A stretch of 64,000 bases of DNA from Candidatus Eiseniibacteriota bacterium (lineage in GTDB: Bacteria; Eisenbacteria; RBG-16-71-46; CAVPCR01): contig CAWGMA010000004.1 of the NCBI GenBank assembly GCA_963823555.1, forward strand, positions 160,001-224,000. The letters are read 5' to 3'. The position numbers were made by a program, and so were the translations under genes. Below, in pieces: positions 48,786-57,921 of the stretch; position 1 is the stretch's first letter, and the number at the start of each line of letters is the position of its first letter. Under the pieces are notes generated by a model. It was given only the letters and a program-made list of their open reading frames with translations. It did not search any database and had not been told where the DNA came from.

Positions 48786-49630
48786 GGTTTGACGGCGGTC
48801 ACCTGCAGGTGCTCGCCGCAGTCGCGATAGGGCGGCACCCGAGCCACCTTGAGCTCGAGATCGAGGGCGCGCGCGAAGTAGTCGGGGTCCGCCAGCCGGC
48901 GCTCGGCTTCGGCCCGCGGCAGATGGTTGTGCAGGACCGGCTTGCCGAGGGCGTCATGACGCACGAGACCGCAGGCAGCGAGCAGGCGATCGAGCTCGTC
49001 GAGTGTGAAGCCGTGCGTTCCATGCTCGTGGAAAACGTTCTCGTAGCCGTCGGCCAGGAGTCGCTCGACATGATCGAGGCCACCCTCGAGCGCGTGTCCG
49101 ATGAGGCCAGGCCGACTGTCGAGCCCGATCACGATCGGGCATCCCCGCTTGAGCACGCGGGCGAGCTCGCGCAGACAGTCCTCTCCGAATCCGAGCATGG
49201 TGCAGATCGAGATCGGGTCCCCCTCGCACAGGATCAGGTCGAAAGTGCCGTCGGCGAACATCGTGAGTTGGCGCAGATCGGCATGATGGATCCGCACGCG
49301 CTCGGTGAGCGCGGCCTTGGCCACGCGGGCTCGCGCCACGTCGAGCATCGACGGCGACAGGTCCACGAGATCGATCAACGCGCTCGTGGCCTGCTGTGCC
49401 ATGGTGAGGGCCCAGAGACCGTAGCCGCCACCGGCATCGAGGATGCGCGCCCCGGGGGACCGGGGCAGGAGTGGCTTCAGGGCCTCCCAGGTGATCGCAT
49501 CGTAGAGACGCCAGTAGTGCGTCTCGTACTCGTCCGGCATATCCCCGGCTCGCCCATCATAGTAGGCGCGGATCGGGGCCAGCATCGGATCGGGCGTGGC
49601 GGCAGTCGGATTGGGATCGTTGCTCGTCAC
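48782..49630 (-). CDS. Class I SAM-dependent methyltransferase
   Basis: ILDAGGGYG, VDLSPSML, FDLILC.G and LARVLK.G. Confidence 0.9.
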   Translation of the reverse strand: MTSNDPNPTAATPDPMLAPIRAYYDGRAGDMPDEYETHYWRLYDAITWEALKPLLPRSPGARILDAGGGYGLWALTMAQQATSALIDLVDLSPSMLDVARARVAKAALTERVRIHHADLRQLTMFADGTFDLILCEGDPISICTMLGFGEDCLRELARVLKRGCPIVIGLDSRPGLIGHALEGGLDHVERLLADGYENVFHEHGTHGFTLDELDRLLAACGLVRHDALGKPVLHNHLPRAEAERRLADPDYFARALDLELKVARVPPYRDCGEHLQVTAVKP

Positions 49631-49639
49631 GGGTCTGAC

Positions 49640-50890
49640 CTAGCGTCCGCGTGGAGCTGCGCTGCGCGCCGCCGCTCGCTCCGAGCGCTCGCTGCTCATG
49701 CGGGTCCGTCCCGCGACCGAGCTCCGCGCTGACTTCGCCTGCCGGGCCTGGCGGTGGGCTCCTCGCCCGCCGGCGCCGGCCGATGCCAGGGTGGGACCGT
49801 CGAGGTGCTTCTGGAGAGCCGCGAGTCCCGGCTCGATGAACCGGCGCAGCGACGCGATGCGCCCGTCACTGAAGCAAGCGGCGAATCCGGGCTGCCGCCG
49901 GTAGTCCTCGACGGCATTCCACAGGACCAAGCCGATCATGTGGTCGAAGTCGATGCCCCACGAGCTGGCGGCGATCGCGAGGAACGACTCGGTCGCCGAG
50001 ATATCGGGAAGCGGATTCATCTCGATCAGCCAGAAGCGCCGGCCGTCGTCGATGAATTCCATGCGGTTGTAGTGCCGGGCGCCGAGGGCGACATGGGCCC
50101 TCCAGGCGAGGCGCTTGAGCTCGACCAAACGGTCGGCCGGAAGCGACGGTCTCTCGACGTAGTCGATCTCACCGTGTTTCACCCGGTGGCTGCGCACCAG
50201 CGGACTGCCGGGCATCTTCTCCAGGTCGACCGAGACCGGATCCAGAACGTGATTGCCGAGAACGCCGAGCGCGAGCTCCGGCCCGCGCACGAACTCCTCG
50301 ATCATCCAGGCGGTGCCGTACTGCTCACGGACCCGGGCGACAGCTTGTTCGAGCTGCTTCCGGTTCATTGCCACCGATGCGTCGTCGATGCCCATGCTCG
50401 AGCCTTCCGCGGCGGGCTTGACGATGCAGGGGTAGCGGATGCGGGCGATCGCCTGGTCGGTGTCGGTGAAGGTGCGTGGAATCGGTACGCCATTGGCCGC
50501 GGCCACCGCCTTGGCCATGCGCTTGTCCATGGTGACGGCGAGCGTGAGGAAGCTCGATCCGGTGAAGGGAAGGCCGAGGCTGGCGCAAGTGAAGGGGAGG
50601 ACGGACTCGCGGCTGGCTGTTCCCAGATCGATTCCGGGAACCATCTCCACATTGTTGAAGACGATATCGAATTCTCGGCGCAGCCGGGAGAGGTCTTCGT
50701 GGATCGTCGAAGCCGCATCGTAGGGCTCGACGACACAGCCGGCGGCGCGCATGGCATCCATCACGGCCCGAGCATCGTTGGGATCTTCCCACTCGTAGTA
50801 CTGCTCGCTGTCCGTGCCGGCGGGGCGGAGGTTGCACGCGTAGAGGACGCGGAGGGGGTCGGCGGCGGAACGGCGTGAGATCTGGATCAT
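49640..50890 (-). CDS. D-Ala-D-Ala-ligase-like ATP-grasp enzyme
   Basis: DIVFN..E, RES, LPFTGS, DK..AK, YP.IVKP..EGSSMGI, IEEFV.G.E and R.EF...LIEMNPLP. Confidence 0.88.
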   Translation of the reverse strand: MIQISRRSAADPLRVLYACNLRPAGTDSEQYYEWEDPNDARAVMDAMRAAGCVVEPYDAASTIHEDLSRLRREFDIVFNNVEMVPGIDLGTASRESVLPFTCASLGLPFTGSSFLTLAVTMDKRMAKAVAAANGVPIPRTFTDTDQAIARIRYPCIVKPAAEGSSMGIDDASVAMNRKQLEQAVARVREQYGTAWMIEEFVRGPELALGVLGNHVLDPVSVDLEKMPGSPLVRSHRVKHGEIDYVERPSLPADRLVELKRLAWRAHVALGARHYNRMEFIDDGRRFWLIEMNPLPDISATESFLAIAASSWGIDFDHMIGLVLWNAVEDYRRQPGFAACFSDGRIASLRRFIEPGLAALQKHLDGPTLASAGAGGRGAHRQARQAKSARSSVAGRTRMSSERSERAAARSAAPRGR

Positions 50891-51024
50891 TGTGTAGGTA
50901 GCCTCGCTGCAGCGGGCTCGTAGACGAGCACGGTGCGATGGGGAATGGGACGGTAGCGCAGGCCCAAGAGATCACGGACCGCGAGCGAGTTGATCCTTCT
51001 CAGAGAACGGGTGACGGTGCGCAT
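50887..51024 (-). CDS. Putative 45-aa basic peptide translationally coupled to the ATP-grasp gene
   Basis: GGAG 7 nt before ATG 51024; its TGA overlaps the ATP-grasp ATG (ATGA). Sequence MRTVTRSLRRINSLAVRDLLGLRYRPIPHRTVLVYEPAAARLPTQ. Confidence 0.5.
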   Translation of the reverse strand: MRTVTRSLRRINSLAVRDLLGLRYRPIPHRTVLVYEPAAARLPTQ

Positions 51025-51335
51025 GGAGAAGCTCCGGTTGGCGGGTACCGCCTGGCAGCGGCCCCCTGACGTGCGGCGCAGCGCGGAGAGGAGGCTCCGC
51101 GAGCCGGCCACGAAGGGGGAAGGATACACGCCTTTTTGGACGGCTGCGATGCCCAATCGATTCGCCGGATTCGCGGGGCGACCTCGGGTCCAGGAGGCGG
51201 CCCCAGCCGGCCGCGCCGGGCGGGGGAGGGCTCCATCACCGCCGCTCGGGCCGCCCGGGCGGGTCGACCTGAGGGGGGGCGTCCGGTACGATCGACGGCT
51301 GCCTTGCCGCGCCGTTACTCACCCAGGAGGGAACG

Positions 51336-53465
51336 ATGTCGAAGTCACCAGAGAACGCGGCCGGCTCCAAGCCCGGTCCAGCCACCCGGGAGTCGCCGGC
51401 CACTCGCATCCATTCCCCGGCCGGAGATCGGGCCGCCACCGGCCGCCGGCCGATCACCATCGAGGATCTGTGGGCCCTGCGCCGTGTCGGTGCGCCGGCT
51501 GCGCTCCCCGATGGGAGTGGCATCGTGGTTCCCGTCACCGCCTTCGACATGGAGAAGAACGAGGGCCGGACCCGGCTCTGGCTCCACTCACTGGCGGGCG
51601 AGGCGCCGCGGCCGCTGACCGCGGCCGACGCGACGAGCGCCGAGCCGGCGGTGAGTCCGGATGGGCGCCATCTGGCCTTCGCGCGCCGGGCGGGAAAGGA
51701 GAAGCCACAGCTCTACGTCATGCCCCTCGACGGCGGCGAGGCGGAGTGCCTGACCCAGATGCCGCTCGGGATCTCCGATCCGCGCTGGTTCCCCGACGGT
51801 CGCCGCCTTGCCTTCATCGCCCCGGTGGTCGGCTCCGCACCCGCCATCGAGGACACGCGCGCTCAGCTCGATGCCCGCGACAAGGATCCGGTGAAGGCCC
51901 GGGTCACGGAAGATCGCATCTACCGCTACTGGGATCACTGGCTCACCGGCGGCGAGGTGCATCACATCTTCGTTATCGATCTCGAGACACGCGAAGTCAA
52001 GGACCTGATTCCGGAGTCGAAGCGCTGGTTCGACCTGATGGACCCGGCAGGGAGCTTCGATATCGCACCCGACGGAACGGAAGTCGCCTTTTCCGCCAAC
52101 TCGAGCGAGCCCCCGTACCAGACGGTCAACTACGACGTGTACGTTGCGCCGGTGGCTGGTGGTGCGGTCCGGAATCTGACCGCCGATAATGTCGCTGACG
52201 ATATGCGACCGCGCTACACGCCTGATGGGCGATCCATCATCTACGGGATGCAGCGCGAGGCGGACTTCTACGCCGACCGCGTGCGCCTCGTGCGCCATGA
52301 TCGCGAGACGGGCGAGAACCTGGTGCTCACCGAATCCTGGGATCGGTCGGCAAACAACTGGGAGATCGGTCCTGACGGCCGCACCATTGCCTTCACCGCG
52401 GAGGACCGGGGGCGCGTCCATCTCTTCACGCTCGATCTGGAGGCGGCATCAGCCGCCGCTGCGGCCGGGATGCCGGTCGAGCCGGAGCGACGGGTGCGGG
52501 GCGGAAATGTGGGGCGCCCGGCCTGGGTGGGGAGCGATCAGCTGGCCTTCACCATCGATTCGCTCGGCGGTCCGCCCGAGGTCTGGGTGAGCGAGCCCGC
52601 CGGGGCCGGGTTGGCGCGCGTGACCCACGAGAATGACGAGCGCCTGGCCGGCATCGAGCTCGGCGAGGTGCGGGAGATCGAGTTCGAGGGATTCGGCGGC
52701 GCCCGGGTCCAGATGTTCGTCCTCAACCCGCCGGGGTTCGATCCCGCGCGCAAGTGGCCTCTGGTCCACCTCGTCCACGGTGGGCCGCACGGTATCTTCG
52801 GCGACCAGTTTCATTTTCGGTGGAATGCACAACTATTCGCGGCCCCGGGTTACGTCGTGGGGATGGTCAACTTCCATGGCTCGACATCGTTCGGCCAGGA
52901 CTTCGCCGCATCGATCCTCGGCGCCCATGGGGAGCGTCCGTTTGCCGATGTCATGGCGGCGACCGATCGGCTGCTCGCCGAGGGTTACATCGACGAGCAG
53001 CGGATGGCGGCGGCCGGCGGTTCCTACGGCGGCTATCTCGTGAGCTGGATCGCGGGTCACACGGATCGGTTCGCCTGCCTGGTGAATCACGCCGGGGTCT
53101 ACGACACGCTCTCCCAGTACGGGTCGGACGTCACTCTCGGGCGGTCCCGCGCCTACGGCGGGGAGCCCTGGGACGGCCTCGAGGTCATCGACCTGTGGAA
53201 CCCGGCCCGTTTCGCCTCCGGCTTCCATTCCCCGATGCTCATCATCCACGGCGAGAACGACTACCGCGTGCCGCACACGCAGGCGCTTGCGGTCTACGGC
53301 GTCTACAAGGCGAAGGGGGTTCCGGCACGACTCGTGGTCTATCCGGACGAGAACCACTGGATCCTGAAGCCCCGGAACTCGCGCCACTGGTACGGCGAGG
53401 TCCTGGGCTGGCTCGCTCGCTTCCTCGACCGCGGGCGGAAAGGGCGCCCGGCCGGGCCGGAATAG
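51336..53465 (+). CDS. S9 family peptidase (dipeptidyl-peptidase V / acylaminoacyl-peptidase-like)
   Basis: TolB-like propeller repeats (SPDG), HGGPH, GGSYGG nucleophile, HGENDYRVP and YPDENHW; AGGAGG RBS. Confidence 0.94.
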   Translation: MSKSPENAAGSKPGPATRESPATRIHSPAGDRAATGRRPITIEDLWALRRVGAPAALPDGSGIVVPVTAFDMEKNEGRTRLWLHSLAGEAPRPLTAADATSAEPAVSPDGRHLAFARRAGKEKPQLYVMPLDGGEAECLTQMPLGISDPRWFPDGRRLAFIAPVVGSAPAIEDTRAQLDARDKDPVKARVTEDRIYRYWDHWLTGGEVHHIFVIDLETREVKDLIPESKRWFDLMDPAGSFDIAPDGTEVAFSANSSEPPYQTVNYDVYVAPVAGGAVRNLTADNVADDMRPRYTPDGRSIIYGMQREADFYADRVRLVRHDRETGENLVLTESWDRSANNWEIGPDGRTIAFTAEDRGRVHLFTLDLEAASAAAAAGMPVEPERRVRGGNVGRPAWVGSDQLAFTIDSLGGPPEVWVSEPAGAGLARVTHENDERLAGIELGEVREIEFEGFGGARVQMFVLNPPGFDPARKWPLVHLVHGGPHGIFGDQFHFRWNAQLFAAPGYVVGMVNFHGSTSFGQDFAASILGAHGERPFADVMAATDRLLAEGYIDEQRMAAAGGSYGGYLVSWIAGHTDRFACLVNHAGVYDTLSQYGSDVTLGRSRAYGGEPWDGLEVIDLWNPARFASGFHSPMLIIHGENDYRVPHTQALAVYGVYKAKGVPARLVVYPDENHWILKPRNSRHWYGEVLGWLARFLDRGRKGRPAGPE

Positions 53466-53500
53466 CGGGCGGGCATCAGGCAGGTATCAACAGTCATCAA

Positions 53501-53535
53501 GATGCCGGGGGCGGCGTGGGGCCACCCCCGGCATC
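53501..53535. terminator. Hairpin between convergent peptidase genes
   Basis: GATGCCGGGGG...CCCCCGGCATC, an 11-bp outer stem. Confidence 0.7.
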
Positions 53536-53554
53536 CTCTTCCGGGCCTGACAGC

Positions 53555-56398
53555 TTATCGGAGCAGCACCAGGCGGCGGGTCGCGTTCTGTCCCGCAGCC
53601 TCGAGGCGGGCGAAGTAGACCCCGCTCGCCGCGAGGTGGCCGCCATCGTCACGACCGTTCCAGACGGCCGTATGCGTCATCGCCTGCTGGTTGGTGTCGA
53701 CCAGCGTCCGCACCAGCCGCCCCTGGACGTCGTAGATCCGGAGGCTCACCGGTCCGGCGGCGGGCAGGTGGTAGGTGATCGACGTCGAGGGACGGAACGG
53801 GTTCGGAGACGCCTGCGCCAGGAGGAATCCCGGTGCCGTCGCCGCCGGCGAGTCGATGCCGGCGCTGATCCCGAACCAGTCGAGGGTCCGCCGCGTGATC
53901 TCCTCACGATCGATGGCCTCGCTGATTCCCTCCAGGCCGAAGCTCAGATAGACGAGGCGGGCGCCGCCGTCGGTCCAGTGCATGCCCCCGTACCAGTTCG
54001 GAACGCCCTGATAGGTGCAGATCCCGTCGGCATCGAACCCGGGCGAGATCGTGTCCATGGTCGTCTGCCCGTACGGCCCGCCGGGATCCAGCGATAGGGA
54101 AAGGCCATCGCCGATCAGATCGCCCGGTACGCCATCGAGGAAGTAGATGCTCGAGAAGGAGTTCTGGTAGCTGGCGTGGAGCACGGTCACGAACCAGGTG
54201 ATGGTTTCCCCTGAGAAGTAGGGGCTCGTGGGGTCGGCGAGGTCATAGGCGATCTCCTGCCCGGAGAGGAGGAGACGACCACCGCCGGCGAGGTAGCTCC
54301 CGATCAGCGCGCGTTCGCCGGCGTCGAGCGACAGCGAGGTGTCGCCGGTGAGCCAGATCACGCAAGAAGCGGCATCGTTCAGGTCATCGATCGTGAGGGC
54401 ACCCCAGGTCACATCCCAGTGGCCCCATTGCGTACCCAGAGCCGTGAGGGTGGCGCCGACCGGAACCTCCCGCGTGGCGCCGCCGTCATCGTCCACGATG
54501 AGCACCTGCGTCGAGTTGAGCTTCAAGAAGGTGACGCTCCGCGACTGCCCGGGATCGCCCTGCGAGGCGAGGGTCACCTGGACGTAGGCCGAGCCGGGGT
54601 TTCCCTGCGAGTCGATGTCGATCGTGATCGGAGCGGTGGCTCCGCTCGCCAGCGGCAGCGCGCTCGGGCCGGAGAAGGTGCCGGCGGGTGTGGTGTAGGA
54701 GTACGTCCAGCCGGCCGGCACCCCGCTCACGCTCACGTCGTAGGTGTCGCTGGCAACCCCCAGGTTCTCCGCCTCGGCGGCGAAGGACACCACCGCGGTC
54801 GAGCTTCCGATCTGGGTGGTGAGACCCGTGGTGGCGAGCTGGAACACGTAGAGGATGTTGGCCGCGTTGAGAGCGTTCACGAATCCCCAGCCGTAGACCG
54901 TGTCGTAGCCACCGGCCCCGAGATCGCGGCAGGTCTCCTGCATGCGGGCCTCGACCTCGGCCGCGGTGAAGGGTGGTGCCATCGACTTGACGAGGGCCGC
55001 CACGCCGGCGGCGTAGGGCGCCGAGAACGACGTGCCATCGATCAGGGCGTAGCTGTTGCCGACCGCCGTGGTGCGGATGCTCTGGCCGGGGGCGGAGAAG
55101 GCGATGCCGGTGCCGTAGTTGGAGAATCCGGCCCTGGTCCCGCTCGGGTTGAGGGCGCCGACCGCGTTCACTTCGGGGATGGAGGCTGGGTAGTTGATCG
55201 ATGACTGCCCGTTGTTCCCCGTGGATGCAAAGTGAGTGACTCCGTGCTCACGGGCGTTGATGTAGGCATCGGTGAAGGCATTGTCAGGCGAGCCGCTGAA
55301 GCTGGCATTGGATACCGAGAAGCCCTCGTTCACGGCCCAGGCCAGGGCACTCACCTTCCAGGAGGTCTGCGATTGGAAGGTGCCGTCGCAGGGAACGTTC
55401 GAGATCCCGATACGCGCCGAGGCCACCTTGCAGTCGGGGGCGATGCCGACGACACCGATCGAGTTGTTGATGACCGCCGAGATGCATCCGGCGACCAGGG
55501 TGCCATGGTCGTCGCACTGGTTCATGGGACCGCCGCTTCCCTGGTCAGGGGTGAAGTCGCGGCCCGGAGCCAGGTTCAGGTCCGGGTGGTCGAGCTGGAC
55601 ACCGGTGTCCATGACCATGACGATGACGCTCGGGTCCCCGGTCGTGATATCCCACGCCAGATCGCCGTCCATGTCCTGATCCGGCACCCCGCCGAACTGC
55701 CCGGTGTTGCGGATGCCCCAGAGGTCGCCGAACAGGGCGTCATTCGGGATGAGATCGAACCGGTCCTGCACCAGCGGGTCCGGCTGCGCCCAGGCGATGC
55801 GCGGATCGCCGGCCAGGCGGTTGGCCGTTTCGAGCACCGCAAAGCCGTTCGTGTCCGGGCTCCGGAGCTCGAAGGCGCCCGCGAGCAGGCCGAAGTCCCG
55901 GCTCAGGATCTCGAGCTCGGGCGCCAGCTCGAAGAGGATCGCCTCGGCTTCGCCGCGGTACTCGGGTTTCACGCGGAGGAGAATGTCCCGGGTCGGAATC
56001 CAGGACATCCCATCCCGGTTGAGCAGCACCGGAGAGACGAACTCGACAGCAGGTGAGGCCGCAAGGCGTTCGATCTCGCGGCTCGCCTGGCCGGCATCGC
56101 CGAGGACATCGCGGAGATCGATGAGCGACCAGCTCTCGACGCCGGTCGGCTGGCTCGAGAGGGTCCGGACTCCCGCTGCTTCCATCGCCGTCACCTGAGC
56201 CTCGGCGGGCAGGGTCTCGTAGAAGCGCACGGCAAGGCGAGAGACATCCAGATCGAGCGCGATCGGATCGCCGGCGTAGATGTAGTGGGTGGGTGGGGTT
56301 GCGGCTTCCGAATTCGTGCCGATGAGAACGCCGCCGAAGACGACGAGGACGAGGATCCAGGCGGCCCGCGGCAAGGCACGCGTTGTGACTCTGATCAT
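53555..56398 (-). CDS. Secreted S8 subtilase with accessory domains and C-terminal FlgD-Ig/T9SS-CTD-like domain
   Basis: Catalytic triad MDTG, HGT and GTSFSAP; C-terminus PNPF...IYDVQGRLVRTL...WNG.D..G...ASGVYF.RL. Confidence 0.92.
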   Translation of the reverse strand: MIRVTTRALPRAAWILVLVVFGGVLIGTNSEAATPPTHYIYAGDPIALDLDVSRLAVRFYETLPAEAQVTAMEAAGVRTLSSQPTGVESWSLIDLRDVLGDAGQASREIERLAASPAVEFVSPVLLNRDGMSWIPTRDILLRVKPEYRGEAEAILFELAPELEILSRDFGLLAGAFELRSPDTNGFAVLETANRLAGDPRIAWAQPDPLVQDRFDLIPNDALFGDLWGIRNTGQFGGVPDQDMDGDLAWDITTGDPSVIVMVMDTGVQLDHPDLNLAPGRDFTPDQGSGGPMNQCDDHGTLVAGCISAVINNSIGVVGIAPDCKVASARIGISNVPCDGTFQSQTSWKVSALAWAVNEGFSVSNASFSGSPDNAFTDAYINAREHGVTHFASTGNNGQSSINYPASIPEVNAVGALNPSGTRAGFSNYGTGIAFSAPGQSIRTTAVGNSYALIDGTSFSAPYAAGVAALVKSMAPPFTAAEVEARMQETCRDLGAGGYDTVYGWGFVNALNAANILYVFQLATTGLTTQIGSSTAVVSFAAEAENLGVASDTYDVSVSGVPAGWTYSYTTPAGTFSGPSALPLASGATAPITIDIDSQGNPGSAYVQVTLASQGDPGQSRSVTFLKLNSTQVLIVDDDGGATREVPVGATLTALGTQWGHWDVTWGALTIDDLNDAASCVIWLTGDTSLSLDAGERALIGSYLAGGGRLLLSGQEIAYDLADPTSPYFSGETITWFVTVLHASYQNSFSSIYFLDGVPGDLIGDGLSLSLDPGGPYGQTTMDTISPGFDADGICTYQGVPNWYGGMHWTDGGARLVYLSFGLEGISEAIDREEITRRTLDWFGISAGIDSPAATAPGFLLAQASPNPFRPSTSITYHLPAAGPVSLRIYDVQGRLVRTLVDTNQQAMTHTAVWNGRDDGGHLAASGVYFARLEAAGQNATRRLVLLR

Positions 56399-56559
56399 GT
56401 TTCTAAAACCCCCCTTCCGGGATCTTCTCGCGGGACGACTCAAGTCTACACCACATCGGGAGGAAAGGCCCGTGCGGAGCTCGGGTGCCAGTCTGGATGG
56501 ACCTGAGGTGGGGGGGATACCCCACGGAAAGGCCGCCATTCACTGCGGCCCGGGTGCGA

Positions 56560-57921
56560 TCAGGCCACCCACACCGTCTTCACGTTGACGAACTCGCGGA
56601 TCCCGGAACACGCCAGCTCCCGCCCGTAGCCCGAGCGCTTGATCCCGCCGAACGGCAAGCGCGGATCCGACTTGACCATGCCGTTCACGAACACCGAGCC
56701 GGCCTCGATGCGGCGCGCGATCTTCTCGCCGCGCTTCGTGTCCCGCGTCCACAGGCTCGCGCCGAGCCCGAAGCGGCTCAGGTTCGCGAGCTCGATGGCG
56801 TGCTCCTCGTCCTCGGCGCGGACGAGGGCCGCGACCGGGCCGAAGGTCTCCTCGCCGAAGACCGGCATGCCCGGGTGGACGTCGGTCAAGAGCGTGGGAG
56901 CGTAATAGAAGCCGGGGCGGGCGAGCGGCGTGCCGCCGGTCGCGATGTGGGCGCCGGCAGCCACCGACGCCTTCACCTGGTGATCGAGATCGCTCACCAG
57001 ATCGGGTCGGGCGAGCGGACCGAGCTCGGTGGCCCGATCGCGCGGATCGCCGACGCGGAGCGCCGCGAGGCGCGCGGCGAAACGGGCGGCGAAGTCACCC
57101 GCGACCTCGCCCACGACGATGAAGCGCTTGGCGGCAATGCAGCTCTGGCCATTGTTGATGATGCGCGCCGCGACGGCGGTTTCGACGCAGGTATCGAGGT
57201 CGGCGTCGGCGAGGACGACGAAAGGATCGGAGCCCCCCAGCTCGAGAACGGTCTTCTTGAGCTCGGAACCGGCGGCGGCGCCGACGGCGATTCCCGCCGC
57301 CTCGCTCCCGGTCAGCGTCACTGCAGCCACCGCCGGATGGCGAACCACCGCCTCCGCGGCGGTCCCACCGATCATGAGCGTCGTGAAGACGCCGGACGGA
57401 AAGCCGGCGGTGGCGAAGATCTCCTCGAGCGCGAGGGCCGCCCCCGGGACGTTCGAGGCATGCTTCAGGAGCGCCACGTTGCCCGCCATCAGGGCCGGGG
57501 CCGCGAAGCGCATGACCTGCCAGAAGGGGAAGTTCCAGGGCATGATGGCGAGGACGGCCCCGAGCGGATCGAAGCGCACGTAGCTCTTGCCGGCATCGGT
57601 GGCCACCATCTCGGTGGCCAGGAACTCCTCCGCGTGCTCGGCGTAGTGCTCGCAGACCCAGGCGCACTTGTCGACCTCGGCCTCGCCCTGGGCGATGGGC
57701 TTCCCCATCTCCGCGGTCATGAGCTCGGCATAGCGTCCGCGCCCGGCGCGCAGGTGCGCGGCGGCGGCGCGCAGGCGCTCGGCCCGGGCGGAGAAGCTCG
57801 TCTCGCGCCAGGAGATGAATGTGGTGGCGGCCCGGGCGATCCGTGATTCGACTTCGTGCTGGTCGTGCTCGGGATAGGTGGCGATGACTTCGCCCGTGGC
57901 AGGATTGATTGCTTGCATCAT
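56560..57921 (-). CDS. NAD(P)-dependent succinate-semialdehyde dehydrogenase (Sad/GabD1-like)
   Basis: INPATG, EMGKP, IMPWNFPFWQV.RFAAP, LTGSE, ELGGSDP, GQSCIAAKR, EETFGP and PFGGIKRSGYGREL. Confidence 0.93.
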   Translation of the reverse strand: MMQAINPATGEVIATYPEHDQHEVESRIARAATTFISWRETSFSARAERLRAAAAHLRAGRGRYAELMTAEMGKPIAQGEAEVDKCAWVCEHYAEHAEEFLATEMVATDAGKSYVRFDPLGAVLAIMPWNFPFWQVMRFAAPALMAGNVALLKHASNVPGAALALEEIFATAGFPSGVFTTLMIGGTAAEAVVRHPAVAAVTLTGSEAAGIAVGAAAGSELKKTVLELGGSDPFVVLADADLDTCVETAVAARIINNGQSCIAAKRFIVVGEVAGDFAARFAARLAALRVGDPRDRATELGPLARPDLVSDLDHQVKASVAAGAHIATGGTPLARPGFYYAPTLLTDVHPGMPVFGEETFGPVAALVRAEDEEHAIELANLSRFGLGASLWTRDTKRGEKIARRIEAGSVFVNGMVKSDPRLPFGGIKRSGYGRELACSGIREFVNVKTVWVA

